A stretch of 64,000 bases of DNA. Source: Tubiluchus corallicola (taxonomy: Eukaryota > Animalia > Priapulida). The notes below the pieces were generated by a model. It had not been told where the DNA came from. It saw only the letters and a list, made by a program, of their open reading frames with translations, and made no database searches. The stretch spans positions 16,984-80,983 of the forward strand of contig JAQGDQ010002404.1 of NCBI GenBank assembly GCA_030141605.1, read 5' to 3'. Position numbers and translations under genes: made by a program. This document shows, one piece after another, positions 53,701 through 61,283 of this stretch. The stretch's first letter is position 1. Each line of letters opens with the position of its first letter.

Positions 53701-55976
53701 GTTACGCTACTGGTACTAGTATTATGGGAGGACGAACTCTTGGCGGTCTGGTGGGGGATAACAGAAGAGGCAGTATAACCAACTGTTACGCTACTGGTAC
53801 TACTAGTATTATGAGCATATCAGCTCTTGGCGGTCTGGTTGGGAAAAACAGTGGCAGTATAACCGATAGCTACGCTACTGGTAGTGTGTCTGGAGGAGAT
53901 AATTCTTATGCAAATGTCGGCGGCCTGGTGGGGGAAAACAGAGGCAGTATAACCGATAGCTACGCTACTGGCAGTGTGACGGATGGAAAGCACACTGGCG
54001 GCCTGGTGGGGTATAACAGTGGCAGTATAACCAACTGTTACGCTACTGGTACTAGTATTATGGGAGGACGAAGTAATGGCGGCCTGGTGGGGTATAATTA
54101 CGATGGCAGTATAACCGATAGCTACGCTACTGGCAGTGTGACGGGTGGAGTGATGAATGGCGGCCTGGTGGGAGAGCATCGGCAAGGCACTATAACCAAA
54201 AGCTACTGGGATAAGGGTAGTACAGGGCAAAGTGGTTCTTCTGGCGGCGGGGTTGGTATCACTTCCGGTATTAACCTGGAGAGGTATAACAGTAAGTACT
54301 ATGAGTTTGATGACGAAGTTTTCATCGACTGGGACTTTGTCTCCACCTGGAGATGGATAGGCAACAGTAATTGGCCTGTTCTCGATTGGCAGACTAATGA
54401 AATAACACCAATACAAAGTAAAGTAGCCAATATCTGGAGCTTTGTATTTGAGCATGGAAATAACCAAGGATTATCTGAAAATGTGGGTATCGGAAAGATT
54501 TCAGGGGTAAGTAGCTTTACTCTACTACTCCCTTATTCTTATGGGGTTGATCTCGCCTCATTAGTCCCCACAATAGGAATATCGGAGGGTGCCAGCATTA
54601 GTCCGGAAAGTGGTGTATCAGAGAACTTTTCCAGCACCGCAACCTACACGGTAACAGCGCCAGATGCTACCAAGGAATATTTTGTAACCGTAAAAAATCA
54701 GACTTCACCACCCACTTTCACTGTTTTGGGCTACTATGAAGAAGGTCGTATAGGGGCCGGAGATCTTGAAAAGCCGGATCTGTTTCAGGTAGGTGGTCTG
54801 CCAGATGGGAATTATGTGTATTCACTAGAGATAGCAGACAGAGATGCAGTGGATGGTATATTAGATGTAACAGGTGGTAATGCTGTAATGGGAGGCGATG
54901 TGCTGAGTGCTTCTGCCTGGAGTTCAATAGCAGATGGTACTGTTGGCATTAAGCTTACCATAGGAGGGGCTACTTATGAGTATAGTAATAGTACTATTAA
55001 AGAGCAGTACAGTATAAGAAGTTGGCAGGATCTTCAGGGGATGAAGTACGGTTTGTCAGGTGACTACACTTTGATGAATGATATAGAGCTGCCAGAACCC
55101 TCCCAAACAGGAGGCACTTTCCCGGAGGAGCTTCCTGCAGCAGGTTTTGACCCTGTGGGTGGTATCAGTAATAGATTTACAGGTTCATTTAGTTCAGCTA
55201 GTGGAGAGATATATGTAATAAGCAACCTATTTATAGATAGAGGAAATGATTACTATGTAGGGCTGTTTGGTTATGCAAACAATGCAACCATCGAGAATGT
55301 TGGAATAGAAATATCAGGAGGTGGTGTGAGTGGTATTGTATGTGTCGGCGGTTTGGTTGGGTATGCATTCAGAAGTAATGTAAGCAACAGTTATGCAACA
55401 GGTAGCGTGACCATCGGGAAGGGAGGATCCCAAGCCGGCGGTTTGGTTGGGAATACATTCGAAAGTACTGTAAGCAACAGTTATGCAACAGGTAGCGTGA
55501 CCGTCGGGGAGGGAGGATCCCAAGCCGGCGGTTTGGTTGGGTATGCATTCAGAAGTAATGTAAGCAACAGTTATGCAACAGGTAGCGTGACCGTCGGGGA
55601 GGGAGGATCCCAAGCCGGCGGCTTGATTGGGTATACTAGAAAGGCCAGCACTGTTACCAACTGTTATGCTGTGGGATCTGTTACGGGAGGTAGTGATAAT
55701 ATTGGTGGCTTGATTGGGTATAAAGATAGCACTGTTTCTGGCAGCTACTGGGATAAGGGCAGTACGGGGCAAACTATTTCTGATGGAGGGACGGGTGTCT
55801 CCTCGGGAGCTTACCTGGAGAAAGAAGGAGCTGTATATATAGATAAAGAAGCAGATGGCAATGGTACTACAAATGTTTTTGTAGATTGGTCTATTAGTGA
55901 CGATGACACTGAAACCTGGAAGTGGCGGGGTAATGGTCAATGGCCTGTTCTCACCTGGCCACCACCAGGCAACTAA
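50745..55976 (+). CDS. Large surface lipoprotein with 8 DUF5018-like Ig/cadherin repeats and two GLUG beta-solenoid blocks
   Basis: Lipobox TLG-C followed by acidic CKKGDEK; repeats I..F.F...VPFGT...PTI.IS.GATI.P.SG...YTVTA; GGLVG.N..GSIT..YATG repeats. -7 box TATCTTTG at 50660-50667; start placed at MKTFLK. Confidence 0.88.
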   Translation: MKTFLKALKSVTALLFLLFLAITLGCKKGDEKPPLSDENLITEFAFRKSVNGSLAVDVDAGVITGTEIELKVPFSTNLFLIPTIVVSDGATISPESGVGIIFEETNPTTYTVTAENGDEREYKVTVTKLPGSSANSITSYVFEADKNSDKGLTKDVKAEDVTGPDITLTVPFGTALELTPTIEISDGATINPASGVPVNFGLLNHLTYTVTAENGDEQDYKVTVTVAENTECEIKTFVFEEKNNENNLYVDVDAGVITGPDITLTVPFGTALELTPTIEISDGATINPASGVPVNFEETNPTTYTVTAENGDDKQYYTVTVEVAQNTECEIKTFVFEEKNNENNLYVDVDAGVITGTDIPLIVPFGTDLELTPTIGISDGATISPDSGESVDFSSSATQAVEYTVTSEDNTTTETYRVVVTVASETDKEITSFVFEADKNSDKGLTKDVVAEDVTGPDITLIVPYNTNVASLTPTITIKGKHITPKSGEAISFESFVTYTVTAGDDTTQDYKVTVNKEEASTASDILRFAFEVGDNKDKLTEDVVVENITSTDITLEVPYGTNLELIPRIEISEYASIDPESGVLNDFSNSESAPVEYEVTAQDDETTKVYEVTVKETPASDEKEITLFDFEVSDNPTYIEEKVEGDISPEDNTIRLKVPFGTDVHSLRPRIEISEYASISPESGVLNDFSNSESAPVEYEVTAQDETSQTYYVTVVIENIPRPTFTVLSYNNGANRIGAGDLEKPDLFQIGDLQDGSYDYSLKIDNKDAGGGTLSVLGGKASIGSTLLASDWNEIDDGNITIVLTLEGSTFSYNTTKEQYSVKSWQDLQGMKYGLSGDYTYTLMNDIELPDPSQTGGTFPEELPAAGFDPVGGGSNRFTGSFSSASGEIYVISNLFIDRGNDEYVGLFAYAFNATIENVGIEISDGGVTGHEYAGGLMGYNRSSTVNNITITGGSIKSTRTGSDGDDGCVGSLVGCNFEGSITNCYATGTSIMGGRTLGGLVGDNRRGSITNCYATGTTSIMSISALGGLVGKNSGSITDSYATGSVSGGDNSYANVGGLVGENRGSITDSYATGSVTDGKHTGGLVGYNSGSITNCYATGTSIMGGRSNGGLVGYNYDGSITDSYATGSVTGGVMNGGLVGEHRQGTITKSYWDKGSTGQSGSSGGGVGITSGINLERYNSKYYEFDDEVFIDWDFVSTWRWIGNSNWPVLDWQTNEITPIQSKVANIWSFVFEHGNNQGLSENVGIGKISGVSSFTLLLPYSYGVDLASLVPTIGISEGASISPESGVSENFSSTATYTVTAPDATKEYFVTVKNQTSPPTFTVLGYYEEGRIGAGDLEKPDLFQVGGLPDGNYVYSLEIADRDAVDGILDVTGGNAVMGGDVLSASAWSSIADGTVGIKLTIGGATYEYSNSTIKEQYSIRSWQDLQGMKYGLSGDYTLMNDIELPEPSQTGGTFPEELPAAGFDPVGGISNRFTGSFSSASGEIYVISNLFIDRGNDYYVGLFGYANNATIENVGIEISGGGVSGIVCVGGLVGYAFRSNVSNSYATGSVTIGKGGSQAGGLVGNTFESTVSNSYATGSVTVGEGGSQAGGLVGYAFRSNVSNSYATGSVTVGEGGSQAGGLIGYTRKASTVTNCYAVGSVTGGSDNIGGLIGYKDSTVSGSYWDKGSTGQTISDGGTGVSSGAYLEKEGAVYIDKEADGNGTTNVFVDWSISDDDTETWKWRGNGQWPVLTWPPPGN
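55347..55630 (+). repeat. 90-bp in-frame tandem repeat x3 (GLUG units)
   Basis: GGCGGTTTGGTTGGG... at 55347, 55437 and 55527. Confidence 0.9.
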
Positions 55977-55999
55977 AAATAGGCAAGAGAATAATATTT

Positions 56000-56034
56000 A
56001 AACCCGTGCTTACTGCAAAAGCACGGGTTTTTTT
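56000..56034 (+). terminator. Intrinsic terminator
   Basis: AAACCCGTGCTT-loop-AAGCACGGGTTT followed by a T-run. Confidence 0.85.
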
Positions 56035-56092
56035 ACGTTCTTTTGTTTTTGATAGAAAAGAATCAAAAAATCGAGCCTTTAAGGGCATTCCT
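56031..56092. repeat. REP-like repeat unit, left half (interrupted by the IS110 derivative; continues at 56541-56572)
   Basis: Matches the 122-bp unit up to AAGGGCATTCCT; after the IS the unit resumes TTTTTTGCTGTTCTCTAGTTTAAGAGTTTTTA. Confidence 0.88.
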
Positions 56093-56148
56093 TTTACTTT
56101 TGTACCCAGACCATAAAGGTTACAAAATTGTAGTTTATACTAAATTTA

Positions 56149-56355
56149 GTGACCTTGAGAAATGAGATAAGGGCAGTCCAGCATTTTCCTGCTTTAGTAT
56201 CATCACGATTCAATCCAACATTAAAGGAAGACTATGAGCGAATAAAAGCTAATAAGTCAAGTAAAATGGTAGGTATTACAGCAGTTCAAAGAAAATTATT
56301 GCTTTTAACTTACACCCTTTGGAAAAACGACACAATATTTAACGCATATCGCTAA
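56149..56355 (+). pseudogene. IS110 transposase C-terminal fragment
   Basis: AVQRKLL motif; the RuvC-like DEDD domain is missing. Confidence 0.82.
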
Positions 56356-56520
56356 TTATTTATTATTTAGAGGATATCACATGGGTTAAACTATGGAAAT
56401 GAAATAAAGATAGGCAATCTTTACGGATTGCCGCCTACACAGGATAGATATGTGACAAATATTTGCCTTTGATCTTCCTTCTTTATTTGCAAGATACTCA
56501 TATTTTTTCAATAGAATATT
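56356..56520 (+). ncRNA. Candidate bridge/seek RNA in the IS110 right non-coding end
   Basis: ~165-nt non-coding end downstream of tnp with a GGCAATC-TTTACG-GATTGCC hairpin; this is where IS1111-group elements encode their guide RNA (established). RNA itself inferred. Confidence 0.45.
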
Positions 56521-56802
56521 TGGATTTTAAAACAGTACCTTTTTTTGCTGTTCTCTAGTTTAAGAGTTTTTATATATTATTAATATTAAATAAGTTGAGC
56601 TTGATTTTAAGAGCGATTATTTTAAAAAAGCTGCATTGGTGTTTTATCAAGATAGTTTTTAAACCTCTCCAGTGATCCCGACTAAAATATTTCGCCTAGT
56701 AAAGTCCTCTCATTAGCAGGCTGCAGTATCGATTCAACGTAAATAATTTTATATCTTTGTATATTCTTGTAATATACTGCAAGAATTGATATACGTAGGG
56801 CA

Positions 56803-57687
56803 ATGGATACAAAATCGCTTGCAAATAAGAAAAATGACACTATTGTAATAGTGCTTGCAACAGTGTTGGTTTTGGTTATTGCATTATATGTTTGGCAGTA
56901 CTTTTCATATGGTACATCGATTCGGCAAATAAGAGAGGATAAAAGTGCTATTCAGGCTGAACTCGATGCTATGGTGCAAAGTTATGATTCTCTGGAGACG
57001 GAGAATGACACGTTAAACTATAATCTTGAACTTGCACAGAGTGAGGTAAGGGACCTTTTGCTGGAAGTAGAGCAGGTTAGGCGAGCCAGTTATGCACAGA
57101 TATCGAGGTATAAAAAGGAGGTGTCTACTCTGCGTGATATTATGCGTAATTATGTTGTACAGATAGATTCTCTAAATGAGCGCAACAAGTTGCTAATGGC
57201 TGAAAACTTACAGGTAAAAAAGGAGGTTTCAGTAGTAAAGGGTGTTAATGTGCAACTGGAGAAAGAGAAAAAGAAGCTGGAGCAAAAAGTTATGCTGGCA
57301 TCTCAGTTGGAGGCTATTAGCCTCTATGCGACAGGTATTAACAGAAAGGGTAATGATACTGGTAAAGCAAAAAAGATAGAAAAGATAAAAGTAGGCTTCA
57401 CCCTAAGTAAAAATGCTACAGCCCAGAGAGGGCCCAAATATTTGTATATACGCATACAGCATCCGGATGAGCGCCTGATGATAAAATCAGAAAAAGATGT
57501 TTTTAGGTATGATGGTGCCAATATACCATATTCGGCGAGAAGAGAGGTTGAGTATGAGGGGAATGAGCTTCCCGTAAATATTTTTTGGGATAATAAAGAT
57601 GAGCCGCTACTTACCAGAGGGGTATATAGAATAGATGTTTTTGCTGACGGAAATAATATTGGCACTACTACTTTTGAGGTGAAATAG
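56803..57687 (+). CDS. Conserved Bacteroidota membrane-anchored coiled-coil protein
   Basis: TM, long coiled coil (YKKEVSTLRDIMRNYVVQIDSLN), C-terminal beta domain; -7 box TATCTTTG at 56752-56759. Confidence 0.82.
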   Translation: MDTKSLANKKNDTIVIVLATVLVLVIALYVWQYFSYGTSIRQIREDKSAIQAELDAMVQSYDSLETENDTLNYNLELAQSEVRDLLLEVEQVRRASYAQISRYKKEVSTLRDIMRNYVVQIDSLNERNKLLMAENLQVKKEVSVVKGVNVQLEKEKKKLEQKVMLASQLEAISLYATGINRKGNDTGKAKKIEKIKVGFTLSKNATAQRGPKYLYIRIQHPDERLMIKSEKDVFRYDGANIPYSARREVEYEGNELPVNIFWDNKDEPLLTRGVYRIDVFADGNNIGTTTFEVK

Positions 57688-57954
57688 CTTTTTGTATCCC
57701 AGCATACTGGTTGAGGATCAGATGTATGAATAATTATTTTGAAGTCTTCTCACCCCCATCTTTTTTGCTAATGTTTTTGTTGAAATCTTCATTTAAGTCG
57801 GTAAGCTACGGTTTTTCTTTTACAGCCTGAGCCAAATTTTTTTACCTGGTAAAGCCCCACCAGAAGATTTTTCTTTCAAGCATATTTTTCACTATATTTG
57901 AGGGCGACAGCCACTATGCTGTTGTTTTTAAAAGTTTGTTTATCATTTTTTGTT

Positions 57955-59502
57955 ATGAGTAGGTTTTTGGTGCTGTGCGGAAAGAGGCGGTGGCTTATAT
58001 TCTTTTTTGGACTTTTTGCTGGTGCGTGTATTATGATATTTAGCAACAGAGTAGTTGAATATACATCAACAGACGAGTTTTGTGAGTCGTGTCATGTACA
58101 TCCACATGTTACATCTTCGTGGAAGCTATCTACTCATTATGATAATCGTAACGGGGTGCATGTGCATTGTGTGGAGTGTCATCTTCCTCCTCGAGGAGAA
58201 GGGTACCTGAAAGAGAAGATAAAGCTTGGGCTGAGAGATGTGTGGGGCATGCTTACTAAAGATAGTGTTGATTTTAACTGGGAGGCAAAGTCTACAGCTG
58301 AAGCTGCACAGCGATTCACTTTTAAAGAGTCCTGCATTAAATGTCACGCAAATCTTTTTCCCATCACTCTTTCGGACAAAGGCTCTGATGCTCATTTGTA
58401 TTATTCACAGAATGAGGATGATCTACATTGTATCAATTGCCATTTGGATGTGGGGCACCACAACCCCAATGCTGTTAGCAGTAATATCAATTTTGGTGTA
58501 GTGGGCGGGGAGGGTATAAAAAACTACACAGAGGCGACAGAGGTTAATATTTTTGAAGATTATACCGAAAAGATTCCTAATTCCACTGTGTCTTTTAATA
58601 TGAAGGCTATTCCCGGAGGAAGTTTTATTATGGGTAGTTCAGATAGTGATGTTTTTGCCAAAGATGACGAAAAGCCTGCGAGGAGAGTAACACTCAGCCC
58701 TTTTTTTATGGCTGAGGTAGAGGTTACATGGGATGAGTATCTGGCATTTTATCTTCAAACAGCTACAGAAGGGCGGTCAACCGATACCGAGGGAGTGAGA
58801 AGTGGAGGCGGCATAGATGGTATCACAGGAGCCACACCTCCGTATGGGCAACCTGACCAGAACTGGGGGCTGGGCAAGCGCCCCGCTATAACGATGAGTT
58901 TTCATGCTGCGGAGACATATTGCAAGTGGTTGTCATATATAACAGGAAAAACATATCGTTTGCCAACTGAGGCGGAGTGGGAGTATGCCGCACGTGGTGG
59001 AACAGAAGGGGCCTATTTTTTTGAAGGGAGTCCCAAGAGATATTCAGATACGAGGCTATGGGCAAAAATATTTGGGACAGACACGACTACTATAAATACT
59101 TATGTTATCTATAAGGAAAATTCCGGGGCAAAAACAGAGACTCCCGATAAAGTGGCTCCTAATCCACTGGGGTTAAAAAATATGCTTGGGAATGTTTCCG
59201 AGTTTTGTTCGGATTGGTATGATCCTGATGCTTATAGTAAATTGCAGGATGGAGTGGTTGATCCCGTAGGGCCTTTAAGTGGCAGTGAGCGTGTTATAAG
59301 GGGAGGGTCTTATAAAAGTGATGCAGCAGGCCTGCGTTGTTCTGGACGAGATCATTCACGAACGGAAGATTGGCTAAAGACCGATCCTCAGCTTCCCAAA
59401 AGTATTTGGTGGTACTCTGACTGTACTACTGTAGGGTTTCGAGTTGTGTGTGAGTTTGATGTAAATACCGGCAACAAACAAGCCGCTCTGTCGGATGAGT
59501 AG
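57955..59502 (+). CDS. NapC/NirT-like tetraheme cytochrome c fused to an FGE-sulfatase/SUMF1-like domain
   Basis: TM then YTSTDEFCESCH, CVECH, CIKCH, CINCH; C-domain IPGGSFIMGS, EVTWDEY, RLPTEAEWEYAARGG, NMLGNVSE, RGGS, GFRVV. -7 box TATATTTG at 57893-57900 favours the ATG at 57955. Confidence 0.88.
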   Translation: MSRFLVLCGKRRWLIFFFGLFAGACIMIFSNRVVEYTSTDEFCESCHVHPHVTSSWKLSTHYDNRNGVHVHCVECHLPPRGEGYLKEKIKLGLRDVWGMLTKDSVDFNWEAKSTAEAAQRFTFKESCIKCHANLFPITLSDKGSDAHLYYSQNEDDLHCINCHLDVGHHNPNAVSSNINFGVVGGEGIKNYTEATEVNIFEDYTEKIPNSTVSFNMKAIPGGSFIMGSSDSDVFAKDDEKPARRVTLSPFFMAEVEVTWDEYLAFYLQTATEGRSTDTEGVRSGGGIDGITGATPPYGQPDQNWGLGKRPAITMSFHAAETYCKWLSYITGKTYRLPTEAEWEYAARGGTEGAYFFEGSPKRYSDTRLWAKIFGTDTTTINTYVIYKENSGAKTETPDKVAPNPLGLKNMLGNVSEFCSDWYDPDAYSKLQDGVVDPVGPLSGSERVIRGGSYKSDAAGLRCSGRDHSRTEDWLKTDPQLPKSIWWYSDCTTVGFRVVCEFDVNTGNKQAALSDE

Positions 59503-59564
59503 AGTATTATAATTGACTATAGGTTAGGTTTATAGCCTTAATTTAAACTAAATTGTAAAATAAA

Positions 59565-60902
59565 ATGGAAGATAAGAATTTTTCGAGAAGAAGATTTTTG
59601 GCCAATGCGGCAGCTATAAGCGCTGTGGGTGCTGTAGGCGTTGGTGCTCTTGCCTCGTGCAAGGAAAAGAAAGTGCCGTTAGGCGAAGCCAAAGTACCTC
59701 CATTACTTGACCAGGCTCCTGACGGAAAGCCTTTGAAAGCTGGAGTGATAGGCTGTGGAGGTCGTGGTAGTGGTGCAGCTATAAATTTTCTTAATGCAGG
59801 ACCAAACCTATCCGTTGTTGCTTTGGGCGATGTACTTAAGGATCGTGTAATGTCGTGTCGTGAAAAACTTATTAAGGAGAAAAACCATGAGGTAAGCGAA
59901 GCGAACTGTTTTGTGGGGTTTGATGCCTACCAAAAAGTTATTGATTCCGGGGTAGATGTTGTTATTATGGCGGCTCCTCCCAAGTTTCGTCCCAAGCATT
60001 TTGATGCGGCAGTACAGGCGCGCAAGCATGTATTTATGGAGAAACCTATTGCAGTAGATCCTGTAGGGGTGCGTGCTGTTATGGTATCCTCCAAGAAAGC
60101 TGATGCTGCCATGTTAAAAGTGATAACCGGAACTCAGCGTCGTCACCAGCGGGATTATGTTGATATTTACAAGAAGGTAATGGAGGGAGAGATAGGGGAT
60201 ATTGTTGCTGCTAATTGTTACTGGAATGGCAGTCAGCTATGGTATCGCAAGCCGAGGCCCGAGTGGAGTGAGATGGAGTATATGATTAGGGATTGGGTAA
60301 ACTGGACATGGTTGTCTGGCGACCATATAGTAGAGCAGCATATTCACAATATTGATGTGGTAAATTGGTTTAGTGGATCATACCCGAAAGAGGCTGTTGG
60401 GATGGGGTCGCGTCAACGTCGCGTAACAGGAGACCAGTTTGACAACTTCTCTATAGACTACAAATTTGATAACAATATGCATTTACACTCCATGTGTCGT
60501 CAGGTCAATGGATGTGTAAATAATGTATCAGAATATATTAGAGGGACGAAGGGTTACACCAATTGCCGCAACACGATATGGGACAAGAACGGGGCAGTTG
60601 TGTATGAGTATAAGTACCCTTTAAGTGATTCGGGTGAGCCCATGCGTAATGTCAAGGTAAGTCCTTATCTTCAGGAGCATATAGACCTTGTTACATGTAT
60701 TCGTCAGAATATAGAAGTAAATGAGGCTGAGGGTACAGCTATTTCTAATATGGTTGCTATTATGGGGCGCATATCTGCTTACACCGGTAGAAAGATTACA
60801 TGGGATCAGATGATGAACTCTGACCTGTTATTGGGCCCCAAAACCTACGTTATGGGGAAGGTTGGGATGAAGGCTGAGATTCCGGTTCCTGGTAAAGCTT
60901 AA
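59565..60902 (+). CDS. Gfo/Idh/MocA-family NAD-dependent oxidoreductase with Tat-type (lipo)signal
   Basis: SRRRFL and LASC; GVIGCGGRG; HVFMEKP; GTQRRH; VEQHIHNID. Confidence 0.92.
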   Translation: MEDKNFSRRRFLANAAAISAVGAVGVGALASCKEKKVPLGEAKVPPLLDQAPDGKPLKAGVIGCGGRGSGAAINFLNAGPNLSVVALGDVLKDRVMSCREKLIKEKNHEVSEANCFVGFDAYQKVIDSGVDVVIMAAPPKFRPKHFDAAVQARKHVFMEKPIAVDPVGVRAVMVSSKKADAAMLKVITGTQRRHQRDYVDIYKKVMEGEIGDIVAANCYWNGSQLWYRKPRPEWSEMEYMIRDWVNWTWLSGDHIVEQHIHNIDVVNWFSGSYPKEAVGMGSRQRRVTGDQFDNFSIDYKFDNNMHLHSMCRQVNGCVNNVSEYIRGTKGYTNCRNTIWDKNGAVVYEYKYPLSDSGEPMRNVKVSPYLQEHIDLVTCIRQNIEVNEAEGTAISNMVAIMGRISAYTGRKITWDQMMNSDLLLGPKTYVMGKVGMKAEIPVPGKA

Positions 60903-61135
60903 TGCTTGTTGTTTTCATCTATTAGTGTTTACAGCCCCTGCTTTTTAAATAAGAGAGCGTTTTTTTATATAAAGTAAGATCAGAAACATATGGGATAAGG
61001 GCTGGATCAGCTTTGATAGAAGCATTTCGACATGTAAAAGAGCGTAATAATTCCTGCTGTTGTGCTCTATATGGAAAAAATATTTGTGCAGGTTGTGAGA
61101 CTAATCGTGATATGGGTGCATATTGATAACAGAAA

Positions 61136-61262
61136 GACACTGTTTCACAAAGTGTGCAAACTAAAAAAATACCGAGGGTTTGGCTATTTATAGCTGGACC
61201 CTTTTTTCAAATATAACTAAGAACTGGATTCAAGACAATGCCCCAGTTTATGAGATAGTGCT
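61136..61262 (-). mobile_element. 127-bp miniature IS256 derivative (right end fused to left-end tip)
   Basis: Matches 6265-6378 joined to 7584-7602 at a CAGTTT microhomology; no TSD visible. Confidence 0.88.
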
Positions 61263-61283
61263 GTTTTAGTATTATTGCGCCTC

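Larger units (their letters stand above)
56093..56540 (+). mobile_element. Internally deleted IS110/IS1111-family element (448 bp)
   Basis: C-terminal transposase remnant FPAL..SRFNP.LK..YER......KMVGITAVQRKLL....TLWKN; CCT(TTT) core at both junctions; no long TSD. Confidence 0.82.

Noticed and set aside
53200-55300. Diversity-generating retroelement (TR/VR pair)
   Set aside because: Both near-identical copies lie in-frame within one gene, differences are not evidently adenine-specific, and no reverse transcriptase is in the window.
55314-55940. 208-aa antisense ORF with repeats (also 53820-54467, 29752-30363 and similar)
   Set aside because: Shadow ORFs on the opposite strand of confident genes; their repeats merely mirror the coding repeats.
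57955-59502. Formylglycine-generating enzyme maturing the 45718-47295 sulfatase
   Set aside because: The FGE catalytic Cys pair after RGGS is absent, the domain is predicted periplasmic, and the genes are over 10 kb apart.
60922-61135. Cys-rich open stretch (..NSCCCALYGKNICAGC..) or 72-aa minus-strand ORF
   Set aside because: No start codon for the Cys-rich frame and no recognisable family; at most an unidentifiable remnant.
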